From NCBI GenBank assembly GCA_963667465.2, contig CAXXDN010000001.1, positions 256,001 to 320,000 of the forward strand: DNA of 64,000 nt. Reading direction: 5' to 3'. A program made the translations under genes and the position numbers. The notes beneath the pieces were generated by a model. That model had not been told where the DNA came from, ran no database searches, and saw nothing but the letters and a program-made list of their open reading frames with translations. Below are positions 51,334-60,821 of this stretch, piece after piece. Positions within the stretch are counted from its first letter, which is position 1. Every line of letters starts with the position of its first letter. Origin of the DNA: Dehalococcoidia bacterium. Lineage in GTDB: Bacteria; Chloroflexota; Dehalococcoidia; UBA2979.

Positions 51334-52161
51334 TCAGCCGAGCTCCTCCGCCGTCCGATCGCCTGCGTCGTAGTCGGCGAACAGCTCGTCGTAGTGCTCC
51401 TGCAGCACGTCCCGGGCGTCGGGGTGGGTGAAGATGAAGCGGCGGTTCTCGCGGGCGCCCTGCAGCAGGCGAGGGATGAACGCCTCCGGGGGCGGCGCCT
51501 CGATGCGGGGCGGGGCGAAGTCGTCGTCGGGACCGCCGTAGCGCTGCTGGCGGACGCGCACGGCCCTGCGGATTTGCGTGTCCATCCGGCTCGGGCACCA
51601 GCACGAGACACCGATGCCCTCGGCCGCGAGCTCGTGTCGCAGCACGTTCGAATAGCCAACGACGGCGTGCTTCGCGGCGGTGTAGATGCCATTGACGTTC
51701 TGCCGCCCGACGAGGCCGGACATCGAGGAGGTGAGCACGACCTGCGCCGGTCCCTCCTGCTCGCGCAGCAGCGGCAGAAACGCCTGCACGCTGTGGATCG
51801 CGCCCCAGAGGTTGACCGCGAGCACCCACTCCCAGTCCTCGCTTGTCGCCTCGGCCAGCGGTGTGCTCTTCATCACCCCGGCGTTCTCGAACAGCACGAG
51901 CCCGCTGCGCTCGGCGCCAAACTCGGCGCGCGTGCGCCCGGCCAGCGCATCGACCGAGGCGCGGTCCGCAATGTCCGTGCGCACGGCGATCGCCTCGCCG
52001 CCGCTCTCGCGGATCGCCGCGGCGACAGCCTCGCCCGCGTCGCCGTCGATGTCGGCGGCGACGACGCGCATGCCGTCCGCCGCACAGGCATGGGCGAGTG
52101 CGCGCCCCGCGCCGCCGCCCGCACCCGTCACCACCGCCACGCTGCCCATGAAATCCTGCAT
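51334..52161 (-). CDS. SDR-family oxidoreductase
   Basis: TGAGGGAG, NAGV, YTAAK. Confidence 0.9.
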   Translation of the reverse strand: MQDFMGSVAVVTGAGGGAGRALAHACAADGMRVVAADIDGDAGEAVAAAIRESGGEAIAVRTDIADRASVDALAGRTRAEFGAERSGLVLFENAGVMKSTPLAEATSEDWEWVLAVNLWGAIHSVQAFLPLLREQEGPAQVVLTSSMSGLVGRQNVNGIYTAAKHAVVGYSNVLRHELAAEGIGVSCWCPSRMDTQIRRAVRVRQQRYGGPDDDFAPPRIEAPPPEAFIPRLLQGARENRRFIFTHPDARDVLQEHYDELFADYDAGDRTAEELG

Positions 52162-52203
52162 CGCGCACCCCCACGTACGTCGCCCGAGCCTACGGCCTTT
52201 CCA

Positions 52204-52235
52204 CCTCACCCTCACCCGCTCCCGCCAGGGAGCGG
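52204..52235. repeat. REP-like hairpin related to the 21.4-21.9 kb family
   Basis: CCTCACCCTCACCCGCTCCCGCCAGGGAGCGG. Confidence 0.55.
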
Positions 52236-52259
52236 GCACAGGAGGGCGGACGGAAGAAG

Positions 52260-53087
52260 CTAGCGGCCCTCGAAGTGTGGGTCGCGGCGCTCGAGGAAGG
52301 AGCGGAAGCCCTCCTGCGCGTCTTCGCTGCCGAGCAGGCCGATCTGCGTGGTCCATTCGTATTCGAGGAAGTGGGACATCGGCAGCTCGCTCGCACGCAT
52401 CAGCATGCGGCGCACACCGGTGTAGGCGAGCGGCGGGCCGGCGGCGATCTCGCGCGCGTAGCCGAGCGCGTGCTCCAGCAGCTCGTCGTCCGGGACGACC
52501 TCGGTGGCGAGCCCGAGCTCCAGACAGCGCGCGGCGTCGACCAGATCGCCGCTGTAGAGCAGCTCGATGGCGCGCGCGTGTCCGACGATGCGCGGCAGCC
52601 AGTAGGCCGCGCCGTAGTCCGCGGCGAGCCCGCGCTTGATGAAGACCGACCCCATGCGCGCCGATTCGCCGAGGAAGCGCACGTCGCAACAGAGCGCGAG
52701 GCCGAAGCCCGCTCCGACGGCCGCGCCGTTGACCGCCGCGATGATCGGCACGTCGCAGCGCGCGAACGTCTCCGCCAGCTCGCCGGAGAGCCCCCGGCGG
52801 TCCATCCGGTGCTGGCGCGGGGCGTCCCCACCTTCCTGCGCGGCAAGGTCGCCGAGGTCGGCGCCCGCGCAGAAGCCGCGGCCCTCGCCGGTGAGCACCA
52901 GCGCGTGTACCTCGTCGCTCTCGTTCGCCTCGGCGACGGTGTCGAGCAGCAGCTCGACGGCGTGCCCGCTGAGGGCGTTCATCGCCTGCGGGCGGTTGAG
53001 GCGAGCGAGCAGCACGCCAGCCTCGATCGAGGTCAGCAGCGGCGCCTCCTCCGTGCCGTCGGGCGGATCCGTCGTCCGTGCCACCAT
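52260..53087 (-). CDS. Enoyl-CoA hydratase/isomerase
   Basis: LNRPQAMNA, GFCAGAD, AVNGAAVGAG; start behind AAGGAG. Confidence 0.9.
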   Translation of the reverse strand: MVARTTDPPDGTEEAPLLTSIEAGVLLARLNRPQAMNALSGHAVELLLDTVAEANESDEVHALVLTGEGRGFCAGADLGDLAAQEGGDAPRQHRMDRRGLSGELAETFARCDVPIIAAVNGAAVGAGFGLALCCDVRFLGESARMGSVFIKRGLAADYGAAYWLPRIVGHARAIELLYSGDLVDAARCLELGLATEVVPDDELLEHALGYAREIAAGPPLAYTGVRRMLMRASELPMSHFLEYEWTTQIGLLGSEDAQEGFRSFLERRDPHFEGR

Positions 53088-53185
53088 CTCGCTACTCCTT
53101 GTCGGCCGTGTTGCCTCGCTGGAGTCTGCGCCACGCCGGGCCGCTGCGCCATCCGTTATGCTCACGCGGCGCGAAGGGAGCCGGC

Positions 53186-54328
53186 ATGAAGATCGGCGTC
53201 CACCTCAACTTCCAGAACTACGGAGACTGGGAACGCTACGAGGCGCGGTCGAACGAGCCGCCAGCCGTCACCGACCAGCAGATCTACGAGGAAGACCTGC
53301 ACCTCGCCTCACTGGTCGAGCCCCTCGGCTACGACTCCTACTGGACGATCGACCACCACTTCTCGCCCTACATCATGACCGGCGGGGCGATGCAGCACCT
53401 GACCTACATGGCCGGCGCCACGGAGCGCATCGACTTCGGGACGATGGTGATCGTGCTGCCCTGGTACGACCCCGTGGTCGTCGCCGAGCAGATCTCCGTA
53501 CTCGACAACATGCTGCAGGGCCGCAAGCTGACGATCGGCCTCGGGCGCGGCGCGGCGCAGCGCGAGTTCGACGCCTACCGCATCCCGATGGGCGAGTCGC
53601 GCGACCGCTTCATGGAGTCGCTCGCGATCCTGCGCAAGGCGCTGACGCGCGAGTGGTGGAGCCACGAGGGCGACTTCTACTCGATCCCGGAGACGACGAT
53701 CCGCCCGCGCCCGCGCAACGGGCCCGAGATCGTCGAGAACCTCAAGGTCGCCTGGGTCAGCCCGGAAACCCTGAAGATCGCGGCCGACGCCGGCCTCGGC
53801 GTGTTGATGACGAACCAGAAGAGCTGGGACGAGTACCGCGACGAGCTTGGCCAGTTCAACCGGATCCGCCGCGACCACGGCTGGGGGCCGGTGCAACCCA
53901 CGACGGTCGCCAACCTCGCCTGCTTCGAGACGGAGGAGGAGGCCTGGAGCGTCATCCTGGAGGCCGTGACGCAGGCGCAGATCAGCAACAACAACCACTA
54001 CCAGTTCGCGGACAGCTCGATCTTCAAAGCGGCGAAGGGCTACAGCTACTACGAGAACTTCGAGAAGACGTTCCAGCGCAAGACGATCGACGAGATCGGC
54101 GAATTCAACGCGCGCCCGCAGGCCTGGGGAACGCCCGAGCAGGTGCTGCAGAAGCTGATTGACATCCGCGACAAGACCAGCGCCCGGGAGATCATCCTTA
54201 ACGCCCGCTACGGCGGCATGTCGTTCGAGCACGCCGAGCGCAGCCTGCGCCTCTTCGCCAGGGAGGTGCTGCCGAAGCTGCAGCAACTCGACGCGCCGCT
54301 CTCGCCCGCGGTGGCCGGGCTGGCGTAG
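53186..54328 (+). CDS. LLM-class flavin-dependent oxidoreductase
   Basis: GYDSYWTIDHHF, VLPWYDP, GLGRG, GTPEQV. Confidence 0.9.
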   Translation: MKIGVHLNFQNYGDWERYEARSNEPPAVTDQQIYEEDLHLASLVEPLGYDSYWTIDHHFSPYIMTGGAMQHLTYMAGATERIDFGTMVIVLPWYDPVVVAEQISVLDNMLQGRKLTIGLGRGAAQREFDAYRIPMGESRDRFMESLAILRKALTREWWSHEGDFYSIPETTIRPRPRNGPEIVENLKVAWVSPETLKIAADAGLGVLMTNQKSWDEYRDELGQFNRIRRDHGWGPVQPTTVANLACFETEEEAWSVILEAVTQAQISNNNHYQFADSSIFKAAKGYSYYENFEKTFQRKTIDEIGEFNARPQAWGTPEQVLQKLIDIRDKTSAREIILNARYGGMSFEHAERSLRLFAREVLPKLQQLDAPLSPAVAGLA

Positions 54329-54344
54329 CCCTCGAGGCTGACTC

Positions 54345-55157
54345 TCAGCTCACGCAGCCGACGCCGTCCCCGTCGCGGTCCAACTCGTGCGGGTCGGGGG
54401 GCAGCACGCGGATGTCGTGGTGCTCGATGTCCCCGCAGTTGAGGTTGGGGGGCGGCGGCGGGATGCACACGTCGGGGTAGGCGTCGGCGCACTCGCCGGT
54501 CCCGGATGCCTCGTCGCTCCCCACGTCGGCGTCGTCCTCAGCCTCGCCGTCTGTCTCGCAGGCCGTCCAGAGGCCCGCGCCTGCCTCGCGCGCTCCCGTC
54601 TCGGCGTCCAGCAGGCGCTGCTCGTGCTGCTCATCGTCTCCTGAATGGTAGACGGTCGCGTAGCCGCCCTCGATGAGCAGCTCGTTCAGCATCCGTCCGT
54701 CCTCGAGGTAGACGTAGCGCAGCAGGCGGCCGAACGAGCCCGTGTCCTTCACATCGCGCTCCAGGCGCACCGCGGAGCCCTCCGGCAGCAGCGAGGACAC
54801 GTACGCGCTCGCCTCCGGCCCATAGCACTCCACGCCGCCGAAGACCTCGGGCGTGTCGACGAGCAGCAGCCGCACGCGCTGCGTCTCGCCGCCGATCGTG
54901 ACGTCGATCGTGTCGCCGTCGACGACACGTGAGACGACGGCCTGCGACTCATCGATGACCCAACGCTCGACGAAGCGCTCGTTGACCCAGTCGGGCGCGG
55001 CCGGGAAGTAGGAATGCCATTCGCCGTCCTCGTCCTGCACCCAGACGGAACGCGCGCCCTCGAGGTCGAGCGTGAGCCCGGGCGCGGAGGCGCGCGCATC
55101 GACGGCTGCGACGAACAGGCAGACTGCCGCGAGCAGCGCGAACACAGCCTTCGTCAT
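54345..55157 (-). CDS. Secreted thermonuclease (SNase) with C-terminal Ca-binding-like motif
   Basis: Signal peptide; VVDGDTI, RVRLLLVDTPE, FGRLLRYVY, GLW; LDRDGDGVGC. Confidence 0.88.
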   Translation of the reverse strand: MTKAVFALLAAVCLFVAAVDARASAPGLTLDLEGARSVWVQDEDGEWHSYFPAAPDWVNERFVERWVIDESQAVVSRVVDGDTIDVTIGGETQRVRLLLVDTPEVFGGVECYGPEASAYVSSLLPEGSAVRLERDVKDTGSFGRLLRYVYLEDGRMLNELLIEGGYATVYHSGDDEQHEQRLLDAETGAREAGAGLWTACETDGEAEDDADVGSDEASGTGECADAYPDVCIPPPPPNLNCGDIEHHDIRVLPPDPHELDRDGDGVGCVS

Positions 55158-55270
55158 CGCCCGTCTCCCGTCCTGCGGCGCCCCTCGCACGCCTCGCAGG
55201 CAAGCCTAGCGCGTGGGGCGGCGAGCGACGTGGCGCAGTTGTGCGAAGATGGAGGCCGCCGGAGGCAATC

Positions 55271-55510
55271 ATGGTGACCAGACACTTCCGCGCCAGGTAC
55301 TCGAAGGGCGTGCTCGAACCCCTCGAGACGATCGACCTCGAGGAGGGGGCCGAGGTGTCCCTGTCCATCAAGGAGGAGCCCTCACCGGATGAAGCCGGGG
55401 AAGCATTCCGGCGCTCTGCTGGAAGTTGGGGTGGCCAGGATCCCGACGAGTTGATCCGGATGCTCTACGAGTCCCGCATTACCGGTTCGCGGGAGCCCCC
55501 GGACCCGTAG
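55271..55510 (+). CDS. AF2212/DUF104-like antitoxin, copy 1
   Basis: RARYSKGVLEPLE.IDLEEGAEV. Confidence 0.85.
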   Translation: MVTRHFRARYSKGVLEPLETIDLEEGAEVSLSIKEEPSPDEAGEAFRRSAGSWGGQDPDELIRMLYESRITGSREPPDP

Positions 55511-55526
55511 CGCCGGGGAGGCAATC

Positions 55527-55769
55527 ATGGTGACCAGGCACGTCCGCGCCAGATACTCGAAGGGCGTCCTCGAACCCCTTGAGGCGATCGACCTCGAGGA
55601 GGGGGCCGAGGTTTCGCTGTCCATCGAGGAGGAGCCCTCGCCGAAGCACGACCCGGAGGCGATGAGGGCCGGTGCCGGCGGCTGGGTCGGCCAGCATGAT
55701 CCCGAGGAGCTCAAGCGAACGATCTACGAGGCTCGCATCACAGGTTCGCGGGAACGGCCAACTCCCTAG
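55527..55769 (+). CDS. AF2212/DUF104-like antitoxin, copy 2
   Basis: Tandem paralog with the same GGAGGCAATC leader; directly precedes the PIN gene. Confidence 0.85.
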   Translation: MVTRHVRARYSKGVLEPLEAIDLEEGAEVSLSIEEEPSPKHDPEAMRAGAGGWVGQHDPEELKRTIYEARITGSRERPTP

Positions 55770-55773
55770 CGCC

Positions 55774-56166
55774 GTGGAGCACATGGTCGACACGGACTGG
55801 GTCATCGACTACATGCACCAGGTGTCGCATGTAGTGGACCGCGTTGCAGAGTTGACCCCGGCCGGAATCGGACTGAGCGTGATTTCGCTCGCTGAGCTCT
55901 ACGAGGGTGTGCAAGGGGATGTGGACTCGCAGCGCAGTGAGCGCGAGTTGGACGCCTTCCTTGAGCGCGTGTACTTGCTAGACCTCGATGAGGGGACCTG
56001 CCGAATCTTCGGCAGGGAACGCGCCCGCCTGCGGTCGGCCGGAATGCTTATCGGCGACCTCGATCTCCTGATCGGCGCAACCGCGTTGCGGCACGGGCTC
56101 ACCCTGCTCACCAACAACCGACGCCACTTCGACCGGATCGAGGGGCTGGCGATCGAGTCGGTCTGA
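55774..56166 (+). CDS. VapC/PIN toxin
   Basis: VDTDWVID, SVISLAELYEG, DLLIGATAL, LLTNNRRHF. Confidence 0.9.
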   Translation: MEHMVDTDWVIDYMHQVSHVVDRVAELTPAGIGLSVISLAELYEGVQGDVDSQRSERELDAFLERVYLLDLDEGTCRIFGRERARLRSAGMLIGDLDLLIGATALRHGLTLLTNNRRHFDRIEGLAIESV

Positions 56167-56185
56167 GGCCGGACGCGCCAGGCCG

Positions 56186-56635
56186 TCAGCTCGGTCCGTC
56201 GGGCTTGTTCTCCTGGCCGGCCCAGACGACGCCGAGTTCGCGGTGGGCGAAGCGCCAGGCGTCCTCGTGGCGCGCGTACTCGTCGCGGTAGTGGATGTAC
56301 ATCACGCGGTCGCGCGTGCCCTCGTCCCCGGTCTCGGTGAAATGGTGGGCGATGCTGTAGGCCTCGCCGCGCACCACGCCGTCCTCGATCCAGTGGCGCG
56401 ACTGGCCGACGAAGTGGAAGGTTCGGTCGTAGCGCGTGAGGCCGGACACACCCTTCGCGATCTCCTCGCGGCCCTCGTAGCGGAAGCGCGAGGAGATCAG
56501 CACGCCGCCCGGCGTGAACAGCGCGGCGAAGCCCTCGAAGTCCCGCGCGTCGGCGGCGAACGCGTAGCGATGGCCGAGCGCGACCAGTTCCTCGCGATCC
56601 TCACGCGTGAGTTCCGCCTGGGTCGCGTCGCTCAC
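56186..56635 (-). CDS. SnoaL/NTF2-like protein
   Basis: RYAFAADARD..LFTPGG..GREEI..YRDEY..WRF. Confidence 0.85.
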   Translation of the reverse strand: MSDATQAELTREDREELVALGHRYAFAADARDFEGFAALFTPGGVLISSRFRYEGREEIAKGVSGLTRYDRTFHFVGQSRHWIEDGVVRGEAYSIAHHFTETGDEGTRDRVMYIHYRDEYARHEDAWRFAHRELGVVWAGQENKPDGPS

Positions 56636-57561
56636 GAAGCGGCTTCGCGGAAGGCCTCGACGATGGCGCTGAACTGCTCCGTCGCGGCGTCGCGCTCCTC
56701 GGTCACACGGAAGCCGCCGCGCACGTCCGTCACCCCGGCAGCAACGAGGTCGGGCACCGCCGCCATCGTCGCCTCGAGGTCGATCCCGCCCGCGTCGTCC
56801 TGGACGATCTGCAACCGGCCGACCACCTCGATGTCCGATGGGTCGCGGCCGAAGCCGGCGACGGCCTCGCGCATCCGCTCGATGCCGCCCGCGACGTCGG
56901 CGGCGTCGGGGCCCCAGGGGATCCAGCCGGAGCCGTAGGTCGCGAGCCGCCGCATCGCCCGCGGGTTGACGGTGCCGCTGACCCAGATCGGGACGCCGCC
57001 GGGCTGCACAGGCTTGGGCATCTGGTGGACGTTGCTGAACGTCACGCCCTCGGCGTCGTAGGACGCCACGCGGTTGCGCCAGAGCGTCTGGCAGAGCTCG
57101 AGCGTGTGGTCGAGCAGGCGGCCGCGGCGCTGGTAGGGGAGGCCCGCGGCCTGGTACTCGGCGAGCTGCCAGCCGATGCCGACGCCGATATCGAGCCGCC
57201 CGCCGGAAAGCACGTCGATCGTCGCGCCCACCTTGGCGAGCACGAGCGGGCGGCGCAACGCGGCGAGCAGGATGTTGGTCCCGAAGCGCACGCGCGTCGT
57301 CACCGAGGTGAGGTGCGCGATCACCGTCAGCGGGTCCAGCCAGTAGCCGTCCGGGCTGGTCGGCTGGACGCCGCCGGCCTGGCCGCCCAGCTCGGGCCGG
57401 GCGTAATCCTCGAGCTGCTCGCCGAAGGCGACGTGGTCGGAGACGACGAGCCGGTCGACTCCAGCCTCATCGGCTGCCCGGGCGACGTCGATCAGGTGTT
57501 GCCAGCTGCCGGGATCCTCCGGGGTGAACGAGCGGAGACCTGTCGAGAGTTGCGGCTGCAC
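56632..57561 (-). CDS. LLM-class (probable F420-dependent) oxidoreductase
   Basis: VVSDHV, DPLTV, DVLSGGRL..GIGW, PKPVQPGGVPIW. Confidence 0.88.
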   Translation of the reverse strand: MQPQLSTGLRSFTPEDPGSWQHLIDVARAADEAGVDRLVVSDHVAFGEQLEDYARPELGGQAGGVQPTSPDGYWLDPLTVIAHLTSVTTRVRFGTNILLAALRRPLVLAKVGATIDVLSGGRLDIGVGIGWQLAEYQAAGLPYQRRGRLLDHTLELCQTLWRNRVASYDAEGVTFSNVHQMPKPVQPGGVPIWVSGTVNPRAMRRLATYGSGWIPWGPDAADVAGGIERMREAVAGFGRDPSDIEVVGRLQIVQDDAGGIDLEATMAAVPDLVAAGVTDVRGGFRVTEERDAATEQFSAIVEAFREAAS

Positions 57562-57647
57562 GGCTGTCGCTCCCTTCCGGGCGCGCAGGGCCCGATGCGC
57601 GGCGGCGAGGCCGGGCGATGATAGCGCCTCGGGGGAGGCGGTCCGCG

Positions 57648-59105
57648 TCAGGCGGGAGCCTCGGCGGCGGCGGTGCGGCCCGCGACGCGGCCGAAGGCGA
57701 GCGCGTCGGCGATGTGGAAGCCGCCGTCCTTGCACCAGCTGTAGGTGGAGCTGACCGTGCCCGCGGCGTAGAGCCCCGGGATCACGCGCCCGAACGGGTC
57801 GAGCACCTGCGAGTGTTCGTTGCGCCTCGGCCCGCCGTTGGTCCAGCCCAGCAGCGGCGCCGAGGTGAAGGCGTAGTAGGGCGGCTGGTCGATCGGCGCG
57901 AGCGTCGCGGGGTGACGCTGGAACTGGTCGTCCACGCCCGCCGCGCAGGCCGCGTTGTAGCGCCGCACCGTCTCCTCGAGGACCTCGCCGTCGACGCCAA
58001 GCAGCGCCGCCAGCTCGCGAGGGCTGTCCGCGCGCTTGATCCAGCCCCGCTCGATCTCGGCGCTGTTGTCCTCGCTCCACTCGTAGCCCTCGACGAGCAT
58101 GTTCCAGCCGACCGGGAGCAACGAGGGCGGCGGGCTGATCGGGCCTGCGAGGCGCGTGCGCTCGTCGAAGATCACGTGCATCGGCTGCGCCGGGTAGAGC
58201 TCGTAGCTGCCGTTGATCTTCCCCTGGCCGTGGCCGCCGCGCGGGAACTCGTCGATCAGCCGGCGGCCGTCCATGCCCGTGAAGATGAAGCCACGGGCGA
58301 AGACGAAGGAGACGTAGAAGCCGCTCTCGAAGCCCTCCGCACGGAAGCCGAAGGCGGTCGCCATGTTGTCCATGTGCCAGAGGTCGGCGCCCACCTGCTG
58401 CGCCATGCGGATGCCGTCGCCGGTCCCGGCGGGCGACCCCCAGACGGGCGAGTCCGGCAGCTGCAGGTAGTCGCGCACCATTTGCGGGTTGTTCTCGAAA
58501 CCCCCGGTCGCCAGCACGACACCGCGGCGTGCGCGGACGCGCAGCGGCGTTCCGCCCTCGCTCGCCGCGCTCAGCGCCTCGACGCCAGCGACGGCGCCCG
58601 AGGCGTCCCGCACCAGCTCGCGCCCCGGCGTATCGAGCAGCACCTCGATGCCGCGCTCGCGCACGGCCTCGGAGAGCGTCTCGAAGAGCCGGCTGTTGCC
58701 CAGCTCGCCGTCGACGCCGATGTAGCCGCCGTAGGCCTCGCTGCCGGGCAGCTCCGGGAACTCGGGGCGGTAGTCGCCGTGCGTGGCGACGCGCGCGCCG
58801 AGGCTCTCGACCCAGGCCGAGTTCTCCGCGGTCTCGCGCGCCCAGACCTGGATGACCTCCTCGGGGACGGGGAAGTCGCCGCAGAGGGCGCGCAGGTAGG
58901 TTGCGATGCCCTCCGGGTCGCTGTTGTCGAACCAGACGCCGCCGGAGACGCGCGTGTTTCCGCCCTCGCGGCCTGCCGGCATCTTCTCGAGGACGACGAC
59001 GTCCGCCCCTGCGTCGTGCGCCTCGATGGCGGCGGCACAGCCCGCCGCGCCGAGCCCGAGCACGACAACGTCCGCCTCGCGATCCCACGCCGCTTCGGTC
59101 ATCAC
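57648..59105 (-). CDS. FAD-binding flavoprotein (fumarate reductase/3-ketosteroid dehydrogenase family)
   Basis: GLGAAG..LEK..GGNTRVSGG, VVLATGGF, TNGG, IPGLYAAG. Confidence 0.87.
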   Translation of the reverse strand: MMTEAAWDREADVVVLGLGAAGCAAAIEAHDAGADVVVLEKMPAGREGGNTRVSGGVWFDNSDPEGIATYLRALCGDFPVPEEVIQVWARETAENSAWVESLGARVATHGDYRPEFPELPGSEAYGGYIGVDGELGNSRLFETLSEAVRERGIEVLLDTPGRELVRDASGAVAGVEALSAASEGGTPLRVRARRGVVLATGGFENNPQMVRDYLQLPDSPVWGSPAGTGDGIRMAQQVGADLWHMDNMATAFGFRAEGFESGFYVSFVFARGFIFTGMDGRRLIDEFPRGGHGQGKINGSYELYPAQPMHVIFDERTRLAGPISPPPSLLPVGWNMLVEGYEWSEDNSAEIERGWIKRADSPRELAALLGVDGEVLEETVRRYNAACAAGVDDQFQRHPATLAPIDQPPYYAFTSAPLLGWTNGGPRRNEHSQVLDPFGRVIPGLYAAGTVSSTYSWCKDGGFHIADALAFGRVAGRTAAAEAPA

Positions 59106-59139
59106 GCACTCCTCGATGCTGCGTTGGTGGTGGTGAGGA

Positions 59140-59215
59140 TGGCGCGCCGGGAAGGATTCGAACCCTCGACCATCAGATCCGAAGTCTGACGCTCTGTCCC
59201 CTGAGCTACCGGCGC
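59140..59215 (-). tRNA. tRNA-Arg(TCG)
   Basis: Reverse complement GCGCCGGTAGCTCAG...TCAGA-CTTCGGA-TCTGA...GGTTCGAATCC...GCGCGCCA. Confidence 0.95.
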
Positions 59216-59298
59216 ACGGGCGATCGGGACGTTATGAGTGTACCCGCGGGCGCGCTAGGATCGCTCCGGGCACGGCGCCTGCGGGAGAGGACGCAACG

Positions 59299-59673
59299 AT
59301 GCAAGTCACAAGGATCTACACCGGCGAAGATGGACGATCGCACTTCGAGGACATCGCGGTCGGCACCGGAGCGGGGGACACGCAGCGCTCGACGGATTTC
59401 CCGGCGACCGCCGTCGGGCTGCGCGAGTCCGACGGCACGCGCGACCTGGACTTCCACCCCGCGCCGCGCCGGCAACTGGTGGCCATCCTCGCGGGGCGGC
59501 TGGAGATCGAGATCGGCGACGGCACGAAGCGAGAGTTCGGGCCGGGCGAGCTGTTCCTCGCGGACGACACCAGCGGACAGGGCCACATCCTGCGCGACGT
59601 CGGCGGCCCACACCGCGGCGTCGTCATCCCGCTCGCGCCCGAGTTCGACCTCGAGGCGTTCCGCGGCGGCTAG
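59299..59673 (+). CDS. Cupin-like protein
   Basis: TRIYTGEDGRSHFED, HPAPRRQ, DDTSGQGH. Confidence 0.8.
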   Translation: MQVTRIYTGEDGRSHFEDIAVGTGAGDTQRSTDFPATAVGLRESDGTRDLDFHPAPRRQLVAILAGRLEIEIGDGTKREFGPGELFLADDTSGQGHILRDVGGPHRGVVIPLAPEFDLEAFRGG

Positions 59674-59946
59674 GTTATCGAGGCCGACGCGATCCCCTTC
59701 GCCCCAGGCCGCTCTATCGACCAGCACCGTGATGATGTTCTCGTGGATCGTCGAGGCGACGAACTCCAGCTCGACCGAGGCCCCACCGGGACACGCGCTG
59801 ATCACCAGGCGTGGCGTGCGCTCGGCAGCCTCCGCCTCGTCCCACTGCAGGAGGCTGAGCAGCGTCTCCTCGCCGGCTGCGCCGAAGGGTGAGCAGGCCT
59901 CGGCGAGCTCGTGGCGAAGCGGCTCGAGGTCTTGCTGAGCCGTCAT
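59674..59946 (-). other. Possible small gene or remnant with no stop before the convergent cupin gene
   Basis: ATG 59946 just downstream of the NIPSNAP pair; frame stays open to 59206, antisense to the cupin gene. Confidence 0.3.
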
Positions 59947-59973
59947 GCGGGCTACCGTTCGGCGCTCTCGCCG

Positions 59974-60300
59974 CTACGGCAGTGGCGAGTAGTCGGTCGG
60001 CGCGAGGATGTCCGAGCGGATGCGAGTCACGATCGCGCCGTCGCGCTCCGAATCGGCGCGGACCTGCCGCCACTCCTCGTCGTCCCGGAACGCGGCCCAC
60101 TTGCGGTCGCGGTCGGCCATGTCCTCGAACTTCATGAGGTAGACGAGCTGGTCGCTCCAGCCGCCGTGCGCGTAGGTCCAGAAGCCGACGACGTCCAGAC
60201 CGTGGTTGGCGAAGATGCGCAGCGTGTGGTCGCGGAAGCGGCGATGGAGCGCGCCAAGCCTGCCCGGGGCCGCCTCGTAGATTCGCAGTTCGTAGATCAT
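59974..60300 (-). CDS. NIPSNAP-family protein, copy 2
   Basis: MIYELRIYEAAPG..KWAAF..ILAPTDYSPL. Confidence 0.9.
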   Translation of the reverse strand: MIYELRIYEAAPGRLGALHRRFRDHTLRIFANHGLDVVGFWTYAHGGWSDQLVYLMKFEDMADRDRKWAAFRDDEEWRQVRADSERDGAIVTRIRSDILAPTDYSPLP

Positions 60301-60324
60301 CGCTGCTCCTTCCGTGGGGCGCCG

Positions 60325-60651
60325 CTACGGTAGCGGCGAGTAGTCCGTCGGCGCGAGGATGTCGGAGCGGATGCGCGTGGTGAGCGAGCCGTCGCGGTGC
60401 GACTCGGCGAGGACACCTCGCCACTCCTCGTCGGCCATGAACGAGGCCCACTTGCGGTCGCGGTCGGCCATGTCCTCGAACTTCATGAGGTAGACGAGCT
60501 CGTTACTCCAGCCGCCGTGCGCGTAGGTCCAGAAGCCGACGACATCCAGCCCGTGGTTGGCGAAGATGCGCAGCGTGTGGTCGCGGAAGCGGGCATTGAG
60601 CGCGCCGAGCTTGCCCGGAGCCGCCTCGTAGGTGCGCAGTTCGTAGATCAT
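60325..60651 (-). CDS. NIPSNAP-family protein, copy 1
   Basis: Tandem paralog, 92/108 identical residues by manual count. Confidence 0.9.
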   Translation of the reverse strand: MIYELRTYEAAPGKLGALNARFRDHTLRIFANHGLDVVGFWTYAHGGWSNELVYLMKFEDMADRDRKWASFMADEEWRGVLAESHRDGSLTTRIRSDILAPTDYSPLP

Positions 60652-60821
60652 CGTTGCTCCTTCCGCGTGGCGCCGACGATACCCGGTCGCGAGTCGCGCC
60701 GCGAGACTACGCTGCGGGCCGGCGCCCTCGCTACGCTACGTGAGGGCGCGGCGCCCCCAGGGCGCGCTGCGCCGCGCGGCGCGTGGCCTGCTACCCTCGG
60801 CGCGCGACGAAGGAGGTTGCC

